A stretch of 64,000 nt of DNA from Candidatus Latescibacterota bacterium. GTDB lineage: Bacteria > Latescibacterota > UBA2968. The notes beneath the pieces are model-generated. The model had not been told where the DNA came from, ran no database searches, and saw only the letters and a list, made by a program, of their open reading frames with translations. The position numbers and the translations under genes are program-made. The stretch is taken from the NCBI GenBank assembly GCA_965204375.1, contig OZ241986.1, forward strand, positions 4,384,001 to 4,448,000, written 5' to 3'. Shown here piece after piece: positions 44,035-52,634 of this stretch (positions are counted from its first letter, which is position 1; the number at the start of each line of letters is the position of its first letter).

Positions 44035-44613
44035 ATGAAGTGCTTTCGGTGCATTCTGCTTGCGTTTTGCATCCTGAGTTGCGGCGATAAGAGCACAGGG
44101 CCAGAACCAGAACCTCAGTATAAAGAACTGAGTTATGAGAACCTCGCTGGTTTTTGGACAGGATATTCAAACCTGTCATATTTCCTGGGCACCCGTGCAG
44201 ATAGTTCTTTCCGTTATATCGAGTCGAATTATGTATTCTTTAGATTTTATGAGCAATTCCGTGGAAAATATTTCCTCAATGATCCGTACATTGGTATAAG
44301 AGGCACATTCAGTATCGGACGTCTGAGAGAGAATCCCGAGGATCGGTATTATTTGTACCTGGCGAGACTCACTGATAGTATTCACGTAAGAGGTGCTGTG
44401 CCTCATCCTGTCGATGTCCTCACACTTCGCAGTGTGCCCGAGGCCTCTCTTCGGGAGATACTGAATTTACCCGATACGACAGGTGTCACACCTGTTGTAA
44501 TGGCAATGAGTGCAGAGGAATTCGCATCTTTTTTGGATTCTCTCAAAACCAATACCAGAGGAAAAATCATCCAAGCAGATAACCCTTTTCAGCTCGTAAA
44601 ATACAGGCAATAG
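44035..44613 (+). CDS. Putative lipoprotein
   Basis: RBS GGAGG; signal peptide with lipobox ILSC followed by GDKSTGPE. Confidence 0.7.
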   Translation: MKCFRCILLAFCILSCGDKSTGPEPEPQYKELSYENLAGFWTGYSNLSYFLGTRADSSFRYIESNYVFFRFYEQFRGKYFLNDPYIGIRGTFSIGRLRENPEDRYYLYLARLTDSIHVRGAVPHPVDVLTLRSVPEASLREILNLPDTTGVTPVVMAMSAEEFASFLDSLKTNTRGKIIQADNPFQLVKYRQ

Positions 44614-44882
44614 CATAGATTCTGCTCTTTTTTTATCTGTATAATACCTGAAAGGAAAAATATGAAAATCACTTCTGAATTAAAAATCAAGGTTCGAACT
44701 CAGATTTTGAGTATGGCAAAGCTGGTTTTTTGTGTTGGGCTTCTGTGTCGCAAGTCATCAGATCGATACTTCACGCTGGCGCGAGGTGTAATTTAAGATG
44801 GTTCGTTGACACTTTTTGGGCTTTAGGCTATATTGCACAAAAGATCTCTTTCGACCTTATGCACATCCAAGAGGGGACGGCA

Positions 44883-45107
44883 ATGGCTACTCTAACAGAT
44901 CGTATCACGGTCAATCCCAATCAGTGCGGGGGACGGCCCTGTATTCGAGATATGCGGATTCGCGTAACTGATGTGCTGGATCTGCTCGCTCACGACTTGA
45001 CGCGTGAACAAATTCTATCAGAGCATCCAGACCTTGAACCTGAGGACATCCGTGCCTGTCTGCGATTTGCCAGTGATCGGCTTAACCATCCGGTTCTCGC
45101 TGCATGA
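44883..45107 (+). CDS. DUF433-family protein (VapB45-like antitoxin)
   Basis: RIT.NP..CGG.PCIR.MRI.V..VL.LL..........HPDL..EDI.ACL.FA pattern. Confidence 0.88.
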   Translation: MATLTDRITVNPNQCGGRPCIRDMRIRVTDVLDLLAHDLTREQILSEHPDLEPEDIRACLRFASDRLNHPVLAA

Positions 45108-45128
45108 TCCTAAGGATAAGAATTAAAC

Positions 45129-46154
45129 ATGACTGATGTTGCGCGACGCGTACTCGTAACAGGTGCTGCGGGATTTATTGGCTTTCATCTCTCCAAACGA
45201 CTGCTCGAAATGGGGCATTCGGTGGTCGGATTGGACAATGTAAACGATTATTACAGTACCCAACTCAAAGAAGACCGCCTATCTATTCTCAAGCGAGAAA
45301 ACGGATTCAAATTTGTTCGCATGCATCTCGAGGACGAAGCGGGAATAGCAGACCTATTTCGCGCAGAGAACTTCTCTCATGTCATCAACCTCGCGGCCCA
45401 GGCGGGCATGCCTTATAGCCTGAAAAATCCCCAGGCCTTCGTCAAAAGCAATGTCATGGGATTTCTCAACATCCTGGAAGGATGTCGCCACTGCGGCATC
45501 GAACACCTGGTCTATGCATCTTCCAGTTCTGTTTATGGCTTGAACACCACCACACCCGCTAACATCCACCAAAATGTCGATCATCCGATCAGCCTGTACG
45601 CAGCGACAAAAAAATCAGATGAATTGATGGCACATGCGTATAGCGATCTATACGACATTCCGACAACCGGATTGCGCTTTTTCTCCGTCTATGGACCCTG
45701 GGGACGTCCGGATGGGGTTGCCTATCTGTGGACCAGAGCCATCCTGAAAAATCGACCGGTCAAAGTCTATAATCACGGGAAAATGCGTCGCAGTTTTACG
45801 TATGTCGGCGACATTGTCGAAGGGGTAGCTCGCGTATTGTCAAATCCCGCAAAGCCAGATCCCGAATGGACAGGGCAATGTCCCGATCCGGGATCGAGTT
45901 CCAGCCCCTATCGGATCTACAATATCGGCAATCCCAATGTTATAGAACTGGAGTATTTCCTCTCGCTATTGGAAGACTTGCTGGGAAAAAAGGCTATCCG
46001 AAAAGATATGCCCATACCGCCTGGAGATTTCACGGATAATGCCGCAGATGTATCGGACCTGATGCGAGATGTCGGCTACAATCCCACAACGCCCATAGAA
46101 ACAGGACTCGCAAATTTTGTCGCCTGGTACAGGGACTATCACAACGTGAAGTAA
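45129..46154 (+). CDS. NAD-dependent epimerase (UDP-glucuronate 4-epimerase-like)
   Basis: GAAGFIG, NLAAQAG, YASSSSVYG, YAATKK and RFF.VYGPWGRPD motifs. Confidence 0.92.
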   Translation: MTDVARRVLVTGAAGFIGFHLSKRLLEMGHSVVGLDNVNDYYSTQLKEDRLSILKRENGFKFVRMHLEDEAGIADLFRAENFSHVINLAAQAGMPYSLKNPQAFVKSNVMGFLNILEGCRHCGIEHLVYASSSSVYGLNTTTPANIHQNVDHPISLYAATKKSDELMAHAYSDLYDIPTTGLRFFSVYGPWGRPDGVAYLWTRAILKNRPVKVYNHGKMRRSFTYVGDIVEGVARVLSNPAKPDPEWTGQCPDPGSSSSPYRIYNIGNPNVIELEYFLSLLEDLLGKKAIRKDMPIPPGDFTDNAADVSDLMRDVGYNPTTPIETGLANFVAWYRDYHNVK

Positions 46155-46168
46155 ATCGGATAACGAAA

Positions 46169-46206
46169 AATGAAAAAGCACGCTCTGTTCAGGGCGTGCT
46201 TTTTTT
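46169..46206. terminator. Bidirectional terminator, near-copy of the atp terminator
   Basis: AAAAAGCACGCTCT-gttc-AGGGCGTGCTTTTTTT between convergent genes. Confidence 0.8.
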
Positions 46207-46236
46207 GTTGTCCTTTGTGATTGAATATATCACTTT

Positions 46237-47283
46237 TTAGTTTCTAAACTTTCTGACTATTGATTTGACTCTACCTGGAAAAAGGGCAGCATAAGAAGAA
46301 TCTGTCAAATCCAATGCTTGATCTAAATCTTTTATCTTTGGTTCGATTTTTGCCAACATATATCGTTCGTATATTTTCATCGCCGGATACCTTTGAAAAC
46401 CCTCTAATAACTCATCTTCCATCTCTGGTAATTCGGTCTGAACAAAGTGAAACAGGCCATTGTAACAGGGTATATGACCGAGTTCCGCAGTTCTGAATTG
46501 CTGCCCCAGAATGAAATCAATAATTTTACTGAATTTATTCCACGATGGATGATTGCGGAATAATTGATAGACCAGTACAGCCACCAGCGAGTTATTCATA
46601 ACGCCCCAGATAAATCTCGAAAAGTCAATATCGTAAGACAAACGTAGCCCAACTGAGGCAGAGCCGCGTACCCGCCATTCCATCTGATTGATATTTACGC
46701 CATGCATATTTGCGCCATGCATGTTGGCCATGATATATCCCGTCATCATTTCGCCGCCGCTCATTCGCAACCCAGTCATATCCCAAAAATGTGCTTGAAA
46801 ATTTTTAAAATTAGCTCCTGTTGCAACTGCTCCAGTAAAATTTGTGCCTGTTCCAGTTACACTATTAAAATTTGCATCCTTCAACCTTGCGGCGGTAAAA
46901 TCTGAGTAGTCGAGTGTTGCCCCTTCAAAATTGGCTCCGGTAAGATCTGCTTGAGCAAAGTTGAAGTGTGTTAAATCCTCACCTGAGAAATCCATCCCTC
47001 TCAAATCTGCTCCAACATAATACTTATTAGATTCATTGAGCAGATAGTCAGCAGACACTTCGCCGTCTGTTTCCTTTTCAATATAGTCGGCTAAATTCAT
47101 TGCCGTTCTGTCATAAAGCTTGTTCGCCTTTCCGTTGAGAATCCTGCTCAATGTTTGGCGACTGACGTCTGTTTCAGCCTCAATAACCTCTAATTTCAGC
47201 CAGCCATTTTTCCCATTTTTACTATTGCTATAAAGTTGTTTCAGATGTTTAGATATCCTATTAGCCACAACCTCATTAACCAT
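46237..47283 (-). CDS. XRE-like HTH + pentapeptide-repeat protein
   Basis: VSRQTLSRILNG HTH; A(D/N)L/F pentapeptide repeats (GADLRGMDFSGEDLTHFNFAQADLTGANFEGA); C-terminus unassigned. Confidence 0.75.
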   Translation of the reverse strand: MVNEVVANRISKHLKQLYSNSKNGKNGWLKLEVIEAETDVSRQTLSRILNGKANKLYDRTAMNLADYIEKETDGEVSADYLLNESNKYYVGADLRGMDFSGEDLTHFNFAQADLTGANFEGATLDYSDFTAARLKDANFNSVTGTGTNFTGAVATGANFKNFQAHFWDMTGLRMSGGEMMTGYIMANMHGANMHGVNINQMEWRVRGSASVGLRLSYDIDFSRFIWGVMNNSLVAVLVYQLFRNHPSWNKFSKIIDFILGQQFRTAELGHIPCYNGLFHFVQTELPEMEDELLEGFQRYPAMKIYERYMLAKIEPKIKDLDQALDLTDSSYAALFPGRVKSIVRKFRN

Positions 47284-47592
47284 CGCGTCCCTCAACTGTG
47301 TGAATCGTGTGAAAAGAAATACTCGACAATGAGTATCAAAAAATTAAAATTATTCTTTAAGCCAACTTTTTTACGAGTTGGTGATACGGTCGGAGGCATA
47401 CTTTGCTTTGGACGGTGAAGTATGCCTCTACTTTCATTTCGCAAAATAAGCGACTATAAAATGTAATATAATGCTCCACAATTCAAGACAAAAATGTACC
47501 TATCCTATTTAGATCAAAACCCCGAGATGGTATGATGAGCACGCACGACGAACCACAGAGTAACAGGCATGTCCCTGCAAGTGTAAGCAGGG

Positions 47593-47847
47593 ATGGACAC
47601 AGAGACTAATGAAGATTGGGTGGTAATCCGGGTAAGAGATACAGGCACAGGCATTGAGGAAGAACATCTCACCCAGCTATTTGATCCTTTTTTTACAACC
47701 AAAGAAGTGGGTAAAGGAACGGGACTGGGGCTTTCGGTCAGTTATGGTTTGATCCAAGAGCACGGAGGCCAGATTGAGGTGAGCAGTCAACCGGGCAAAG
47801 GTACTGAGTTCCAGATTTATCTTCCCTTTAGACGAATAGACGAATAG
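47593..47847 (+). pseudogene. Truncated sensor histidine kinase (only the C-terminal HATPase_c part)
   Basis: DTGTGI (G1), FDPFFTTK (F) and GTGLGLS (G2) boxes are present; H and N boxes are missing; in-frame TAA at 47584. Confidence 0.8.
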
Positions 47848-48030
47848 ACGAATAGACGAATAGACGAATCAACGAATCAACGAATCAACGAATCAACGAA
47901 TCAACGAATCAACGAATCAACGAATCAACGAATCAACGAATCAACGAATCAACGAATCAACGAATCAACGAATCAACGAATCAACGAATCAACGAATCAA
48001 CGAATCAACGAATCAACGAATCAACGAATC
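47829..48030 (+). repeat. 8-bp tandem array: (TAGACGAA)x5 + (TCAACGAA)x20
   Basis: Copies counted directly from the sequence. Confidence 0.97.
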
Positions 48031-48147
48031 CCGCCACCCAAAATGTATCCGCAGATGGACGCAGATGGGGAAGGCGCAGCTATGAACTGGCGTGGGACGC
48101 AGCGTAGCTATACACCGTTTTGTACAGATGCACAGCGGAGAAAAAAG

Positions 48148-49536
48148 ATGGACAAAGAGAAAATCCTCATCATAGATGACGAGCCGGATATGTTGAGTGG
48201 TTGCCAAAAGTTTCTGGAGGAAGCGGAATACGCTGCTGTCGTGGCAGAATCAGGTGAGGATGGGATCGCGTTGTTCGAGACAGAAAACCCCGATCTGGTC
48301 ATTGTGGATTTGAAGATGCCCGGGATGGACGGGATGGCTGTGCTTCAAAGCATTATGGCACGCGATAGGGAGGCCGTTGTAATTGTCTTTACAGGATATG
48401 GAACCGTTGAGAGTGCAGTGAAAGCGATCAGAGCAGGCGCGTTCGACTTTGTTCAGAAACCATTTGATGTAGATGCATTTCTAATCGTGATAGAGCGGGC
48501 ACTGAAGTTGCGGCAGGTGAGGATGGAGAACAGTGCTTTGAAACAACTGTTGGAGACGCGGTTTCGGTTCGAGAACATCATCGGGCATAGTAAAGCGATC
48601 ACACAGGTATTTGATCTAATGCGAAAAATCAGCGACATAGATGCCAATGTCCTGATCACAGGAGAGAGCGGAACGGGAAAAGAATTGGTGGCGCAGTGTA
48701 TTCACGCCAATAGCAAGCGCAGCCATAAGCCGTTTGTGCCGCTCAACTGCGGGGGCCTGCCAGAGCCTCTCATTGAAAGTGAGATATTTGGTCATACAAA
48801 GGGGGCATTCACAGATGCGAAACAGAACCGCGTCGGGTTAATAGAACACGCTAAGGGTGGGACATTTTTTCTCGATGAAATCGGGGAATTGCCCATGCAC
48901 CTTCAGGTGAAATTCTTGCGCGTTTTGGAAGACCACAAAATTCGCAGGTTGGGAAGCAATGAGGAGATAGAAATCGACATCCGTCTCATCTCGGCGACCA
49001 ATCAGAATATTGAAGCGTTAATAAAAAAGGGCAGATTTCGAGAAGATTTATTTTATCGACTTAACACCTTTGAGATTCACTTACCGCCTCTCAGAGAACG
49101 GCAGGGAGATATTCAACTTCTTGCCATGCACTTTGTGAATCACTTTGCCGAGACCTCTGAAAAGGCGATTCAAGGTATTTCCACCGAGGCAATGGATGTG
49201 TTGTGCGACTATACCTGGCCTGGCAATGTGCGAGAATTGATGCATGTGATGGAGCGAGCTATTGCCCTATCAGATGCGGATGCGATCCAGATCGAGGATT
49301 TACCTGAAAATTTAATCGCTCAGACCGGAGATACCATTGTTTCTCCACAGACCGATTTGCCTTTCCAAGAAGCCAAAGACGCGGTGGTTGAGAAATTTGA
49401 GCGGACCTTTATTGACCGCCTCCTCAAAGCGCACAACGGCAATGTGTCCCGTGCAGCCAGACAGAATGGAATGAATCGGCACAGGCTGCAACGGTTAATC
49501 TCCAAATATGCAATAGATATATCTACTTACAGATAG
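48148..49536 (+). CDS. Sigma-54-dependent response regulator (NtrC/AtoC family)
   Basis: Receiver domain (IIDDE…DLKMPGMDG), GESGTGKE, GAFTDA, LDEIG, WPGNVREL and a Fis-type HTH. Confidence 0.95.
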   Translation: MDKEKILIIDDEPDMLSGCQKFLEEAEYAAVVAESGEDGIALFETENPDLVIVDLKMPGMDGMAVLQSIMARDREAVVIVFTGYGTVESAVKAIRAGAFDFVQKPFDVDAFLIVIERALKLRQVRMENSALKQLLETRFRFENIIGHSKAITQVFDLMRKISDIDANVLITGESGTGKELVAQCIHANSKRSHKPFVPLNCGGLPEPLIESEIFGHTKGAFTDAKQNRVGLIEHAKGGTFFLDEIGELPMHLQVKFLRVLEDHKIRRLGSNEEIEIDIRLISATNQNIEALIKKGRFREDLFYRLNTFEIHLPPLRERQGDIQLLAMHFVNHFAETSEKAIQGISTEAMDVLCDYTWPGNVRELMHVMERAIALSDADAIQIEDLPENLIAQTGDTIVSPQTDLPFQEAKDAVVEKFERTFIDRLLKAHNGNVSRAARQNGMNRHRLQRLISKYAIDISTYR

Positions 49537-49663
49537 TGGTCAGCCCCTACCCATTCAGCCTTCAATCTTCAGTAGTCATTCCCTAATTTCACATATCCAT
49601 TCCCAATCTCCCGTATCCAGCCTCTCGCTTTTTAGCGGTCATGGTTGGTCAACGGACAGCCAC

Positions 49664-49709
49664 AAGTGCCACATTTATGTTCCAAAAGTGGAACATAAAT
49701 GTGGCACTT
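49664..49709. promoter_or_regulatory. Perfect 21-bp inverted repeat, putative upstream activator (enhancer) site
   Basis: AAGTGCCACATTTATGTTCCA-aaag-TGGAACATAAATGTGGCACTT, ~105-150 bp upstream of the -24 box. Confidence 0.7.
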
Positions 49710-49762
49710 AATCCCTTTTACTCTTACAGCACTTTAAAATATAAAAGTTTTATCTACTTGTC

Positions 49763-49775
49763 TATCAAGCACTTG
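49763..49775 (+). promoter_or_regulatory. IHF-binding consensus site
   Basis: TATCAAgcacTTG matches WATCAANNNNTTR; AT-rich tract upstream; lies between the enhancer and the promoter. Confidence 0.6.
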
Positions 49776-49813
49776 AGTGTCTTCAAGTACTTTTTTTATT
49801 CTGAACGAATTTA

Positions 49814-49829
49814 TGGCACGCATCTTGCT
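49814..49829 (+). promoter_or_regulatory. Sigma-54 (-24/-12) promoter
   Basis: TGGCACG-catc-TTGCT, an exact match to TGGCACG-N4-TTGCW. Confidence 0.85.
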
Positions 49830-49882
49830 CTATAGCAATGTGCGAGACAATAACAACAATCAGATTTTTGATGAGGTGACTT

Positions 49883-50071
49883 ATGACTGCTCAAATAAAA
49901 ATAAAAAGACGCGATCATTTGGCTCATCTCTCCTTGCTCTATGCCATCTGGGGCGATGAAGCCCGATCTGAAGCCTTGCACACGATGATACGTAGAATGA
50001 GCCAGCAAAATAGAGAGATAGACCAGCAATCGTTATTGGCTGGTGAAGTGTGTTTCTATCCGGCAAAATAA
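49883..50071 (+). CDS. Small hypothetical protein, first ORF of the sigma-54 transcript
   Basis: RBS GAGGTGA; 62 aa; lies between the promoter and the rSAM gene. Confidence 0.5.
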   Translation: MTAQIKIKRRDHLAHLSLLYAIWGDEARSEALHTMIRRMSQQNREIDQQSLLAGEVCFYPAK

Positions 50072-50126
50072 GCATATATGGACAACAATAAAAATGTAAT
50101 ATCTACGCAATCCAGGGAGGTTTCTC

Positions 50127-51887
50127 ATGGCAAATTCAGAATTATATCGCGTATCGTCCTATACGATTTGTGTCAAGCTGCCTGAAGATCCAAATTACAC
50201 TTTGCTCGTTCACGGCTATACGGGCGCAATAGATAGAGTGAATAAAGAAGTCGCTCAGATGATCAAAAGCAAGGTTGTTCTCTCGGAAGATATGTTTGAT
50301 CAACTGCCTTGTTCAAAAGGGACGATTCATACTTTAATGAAGCGTGGCTATCTGACCAGTCGTTCTCCTGTGGAAGAACGAGAATACGTGCATAGCATGG
50401 CGAATTTTCTCCACCATACCTCAAGTCGAGGTGCCGCATCTTTCCTTTTCTTAGTGGCCTACGATTGCAACTTCCGCTGTCCCTATTGTTATGAAAATGA
50501 CATTTCATCTCATGGAAAGGGGTGGTCAAAACAGGTCTTTACAAAGGAATTGGTTGACCGCGCATATCAGGCTATGCTTGAAATCCAACCGAACAGAGCC
50601 ATACATAGCAAAAATATCACTTTGTATGGTGGAGAGCCTTTGTTAAAAAAAAATAAAGAGATTGTGCAGTATATCGTAGATGAAGGTTTGAAACACGGTT
50701 ACACTTTTTCTGCGATTACAAATGGATATGATCTTCACCATTTTACGGATTTATTAGGTCCCCAAAAAATCAGACGTCTCCAGATTACCTTAGATGGCGA
50801 AGAAGAAAATCACAATCTCAAGCGTCCACATTATCGTGCAGGAGATAGTTTTGATGCGATCATGAAAAATGTGGCACTTGCTCTGTCGCTTGATGTGCAA
50901 GTTTCAATGCGAATCAATACAGATTACGACAATGTGGATATTTTACCTGCATTATTTGATTTGTTCAAAGATAGAGGATTTACAGAGTATCCGAAATTTT
51001 CGGCCTATTCTGCATTGGTGCATCAGGTTGAAGAGAGCCTGTCCTGTAGTTCTACCATGTCAGGAAAAAAGACGCCAGGCAATTATGGCCAGACGACACC
51101 TCTGCTTTCTATTGAATCACCAGCATCAGATTTTGAACCCTCTGAGTCTGTTGCCTCTGTCATATCCTTTAAGGAGAGTAAGACTCAGAAACAAAAAACT
51201 TTTGATCATGAAGAATTTGAACTCCAAGCACAGTTGCACACTGCTTCTGAAATGCTCATAGATGAAGAACAATATATCAATGTGGAACAAGAAGAAAAAA
51301 TTTTCTCGAACTACCAAAACGGCACACGCCCAGTTGGTCTTCATGAACTCTCTCAAGAGATGGAGTCAAACCATCTCGAGAATCGAAAAATTCCTGTTAT
51401 GCCGAGAAGAGAGTTTACACGCAAATATTATCAATTTGCTAAAGAAAATCCTGACTTGATGCATCAAATTTCTTGCCAAGACTATGGCATTAGACAGAGT
51501 TTCAAACAGGCCCTTGATGGTAAAGGTCTGTTGAGTTTTAAACCCATCTTCTGCGGGGCGCAGAACCGTATGTTGATCCTCGATCCTTATGGAGATCTCT
51601 ATACATGTTGGGAAATGGTGGGTTTAGATCGGTATAAAGTTGGTAGCTATATCAATCAAGTTGAATTCAATGATGAACGTTTATCAGAATGGTATGATCG
51701 GAATATTTCCAATGTACCGTCTTGCAGTAAATGCAAATATGCATTCTTTTGTGGTGGAGGGTGTGCTGCACATGCATTTATAAAAAATAATGGAAATGTC
51801 AACACATCCTATTGTGATGAGTATCCCAGGATTTTCCATACAGTTGTGCCTGAGATATTTGAGGAGCAAAAACAAAAAACCTTATAG
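50127..51887 (+). CDS. Radical SAM/SPASM-domain peptide maturase
   Basis: CNFRCPYC, YGGEP and TNG motifs; SPASM C..G.LYTC…CSKCKYAFFCGGGC…C; N-terminal RRE-like region; RBS GGGAGG. Confidence 0.92.
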   Translation: MANSELYRVSSYTICVKLPEDPNYTLLVHGYTGAIDRVNKEVAQMIKSKVVLSEDMFDQLPCSKGTIHTLMKRGYLTSRSPVEEREYVHSMANFLHHTSSRGAASFLFLVAYDCNFRCPYCYENDISSHGKGWSKQVFTKELVDRAYQAMLEIQPNRAIHSKNITLYGGEPLLKKNKEIVQYIVDEGLKHGYTFSAITNGYDLHHFTDLLGPQKIRRLQITLDGEEENHNLKRPHYRAGDSFDAIMKNVALALSLDVQVSMRINTDYDNVDILPALFDLFKDRGFTEYPKFSAYSALVHQVEESLSCSSTMSGKKTPGNYGQTTPLLSIESPASDFEPSESVASVISFKESKTQKQKTFDHEEFELQAQLHTASEMLIDEEQYINVEQEEKIFSNYQNGTRPVGLHELSQEMESNHLENRKIPVMPRREFTRKYYQFAKENPDLMHQISCQDYGIRQSFKQALDGKGLLSFKPIFCGAQNRMLILDPYGDLYTCWEMVGLDRYKVGSYINQVEFNDERLSEWYDRNISNVPSCSKCKYAFFCGGGCAAHAFIKNNGNVNTSYCDEYPRIFHTVVPEIFEEQKQKTL

Positions 51888-51986
51888 TGTATATAAACTC
51901 TTAAGAGAAAGGAGACATTATATTTTGATGCTGATATAAACGAAGATGTCATCTCTGTTTAATTTTCAATCAAGGAGGGTAGTATC

Positions 51987-52235
51987 ATGTCTTCCCCAGT
52001 GTCTTCAGAAGCCGATCTCAAAGCGCACATAGCGTCATACCCTGAACTTTACGAGGATCTGGCTGTTGATGTTCTTGAAGAACGTTTGGAAATGTGGTGT
52101 GTTTGCGATAGTTTGGAGTGCATTTGTGATGAGTTTGAGTGCATTTGTGATGAGTTTGAGTGTATTTGTGATGATCTTTGTATTGATTGTTGGACTGATT
52201 TTTGTGTGATTGATCTGTGTGATATTGATTCTTAG
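51987..52235 (+). CDS. Cys/Asp/Glu-rich RiPP precursor peptide (putative)
   Basis: RBS AAGGAGGG; 36-aa leader ending LEERLEM; 46-aa core with 12 Cys and 15 D/E; directly after the rSAM gene. Confidence 0.85.
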   Translation: MSSPVSSEADLKAHIASYPELYEDLAVDVLEERLEMWCVCDSLECICDEFECICDEFECICDDLCIDCWTDFCVIDLCDIDS

Positions 52236-52634
52236 AAGATCTTTAGAACCCCAACTGTCTTTACACAATGAATCTTCGTGGTCAAGGCCACTCATATTGT
52301 TTTGCAAAAATATAGGTGGTCTCGATCATTCTTAATACTTTTTTGTCGCGCTTGGGGATTCACCAAAGAATTTTTAGAATTGCGATAAAACGAATAACTT
52401 ATACTAATCGTATGAATTAACTTTGCATGACATTTTAGGGTATTTTCGAGAACGATGGCTTGACTGTATTTTGATACGCAGAATAGAATAGGCATGCAAA
52501 TCTGATTACAAATGCAAGATTTCTATTTCTGATTAGTATTACTTATTTAATGATTATATTGCTCGCCAAAGCGTGCTACAACTCGTCTGGCTTCTCTAAT
52601 CATTGATCGCGTAAAATATTCAGGAGGCATACTG

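Noticed and set aside
44662-44796. 44-codon ORF MKITSELKIK… with an RBS
   Set aside because: Too short and without motifs; may be a gene-start remnant but cannot be supported.
47829-48030. Possible CRISPR array
   Set aside because: Contiguous 8-bp units with no spacers, and no cas genes in the window; it is a simple tandem repeat.
51987-52235. Precursor read as a ferredoxin or a spurious low-complexity ORF
   Set aside because: Lacks CxxCxxCxxxC spacing; the strong RBS, leader/core split and adjacency to the rSAM gene argue for a real peptide substrate.
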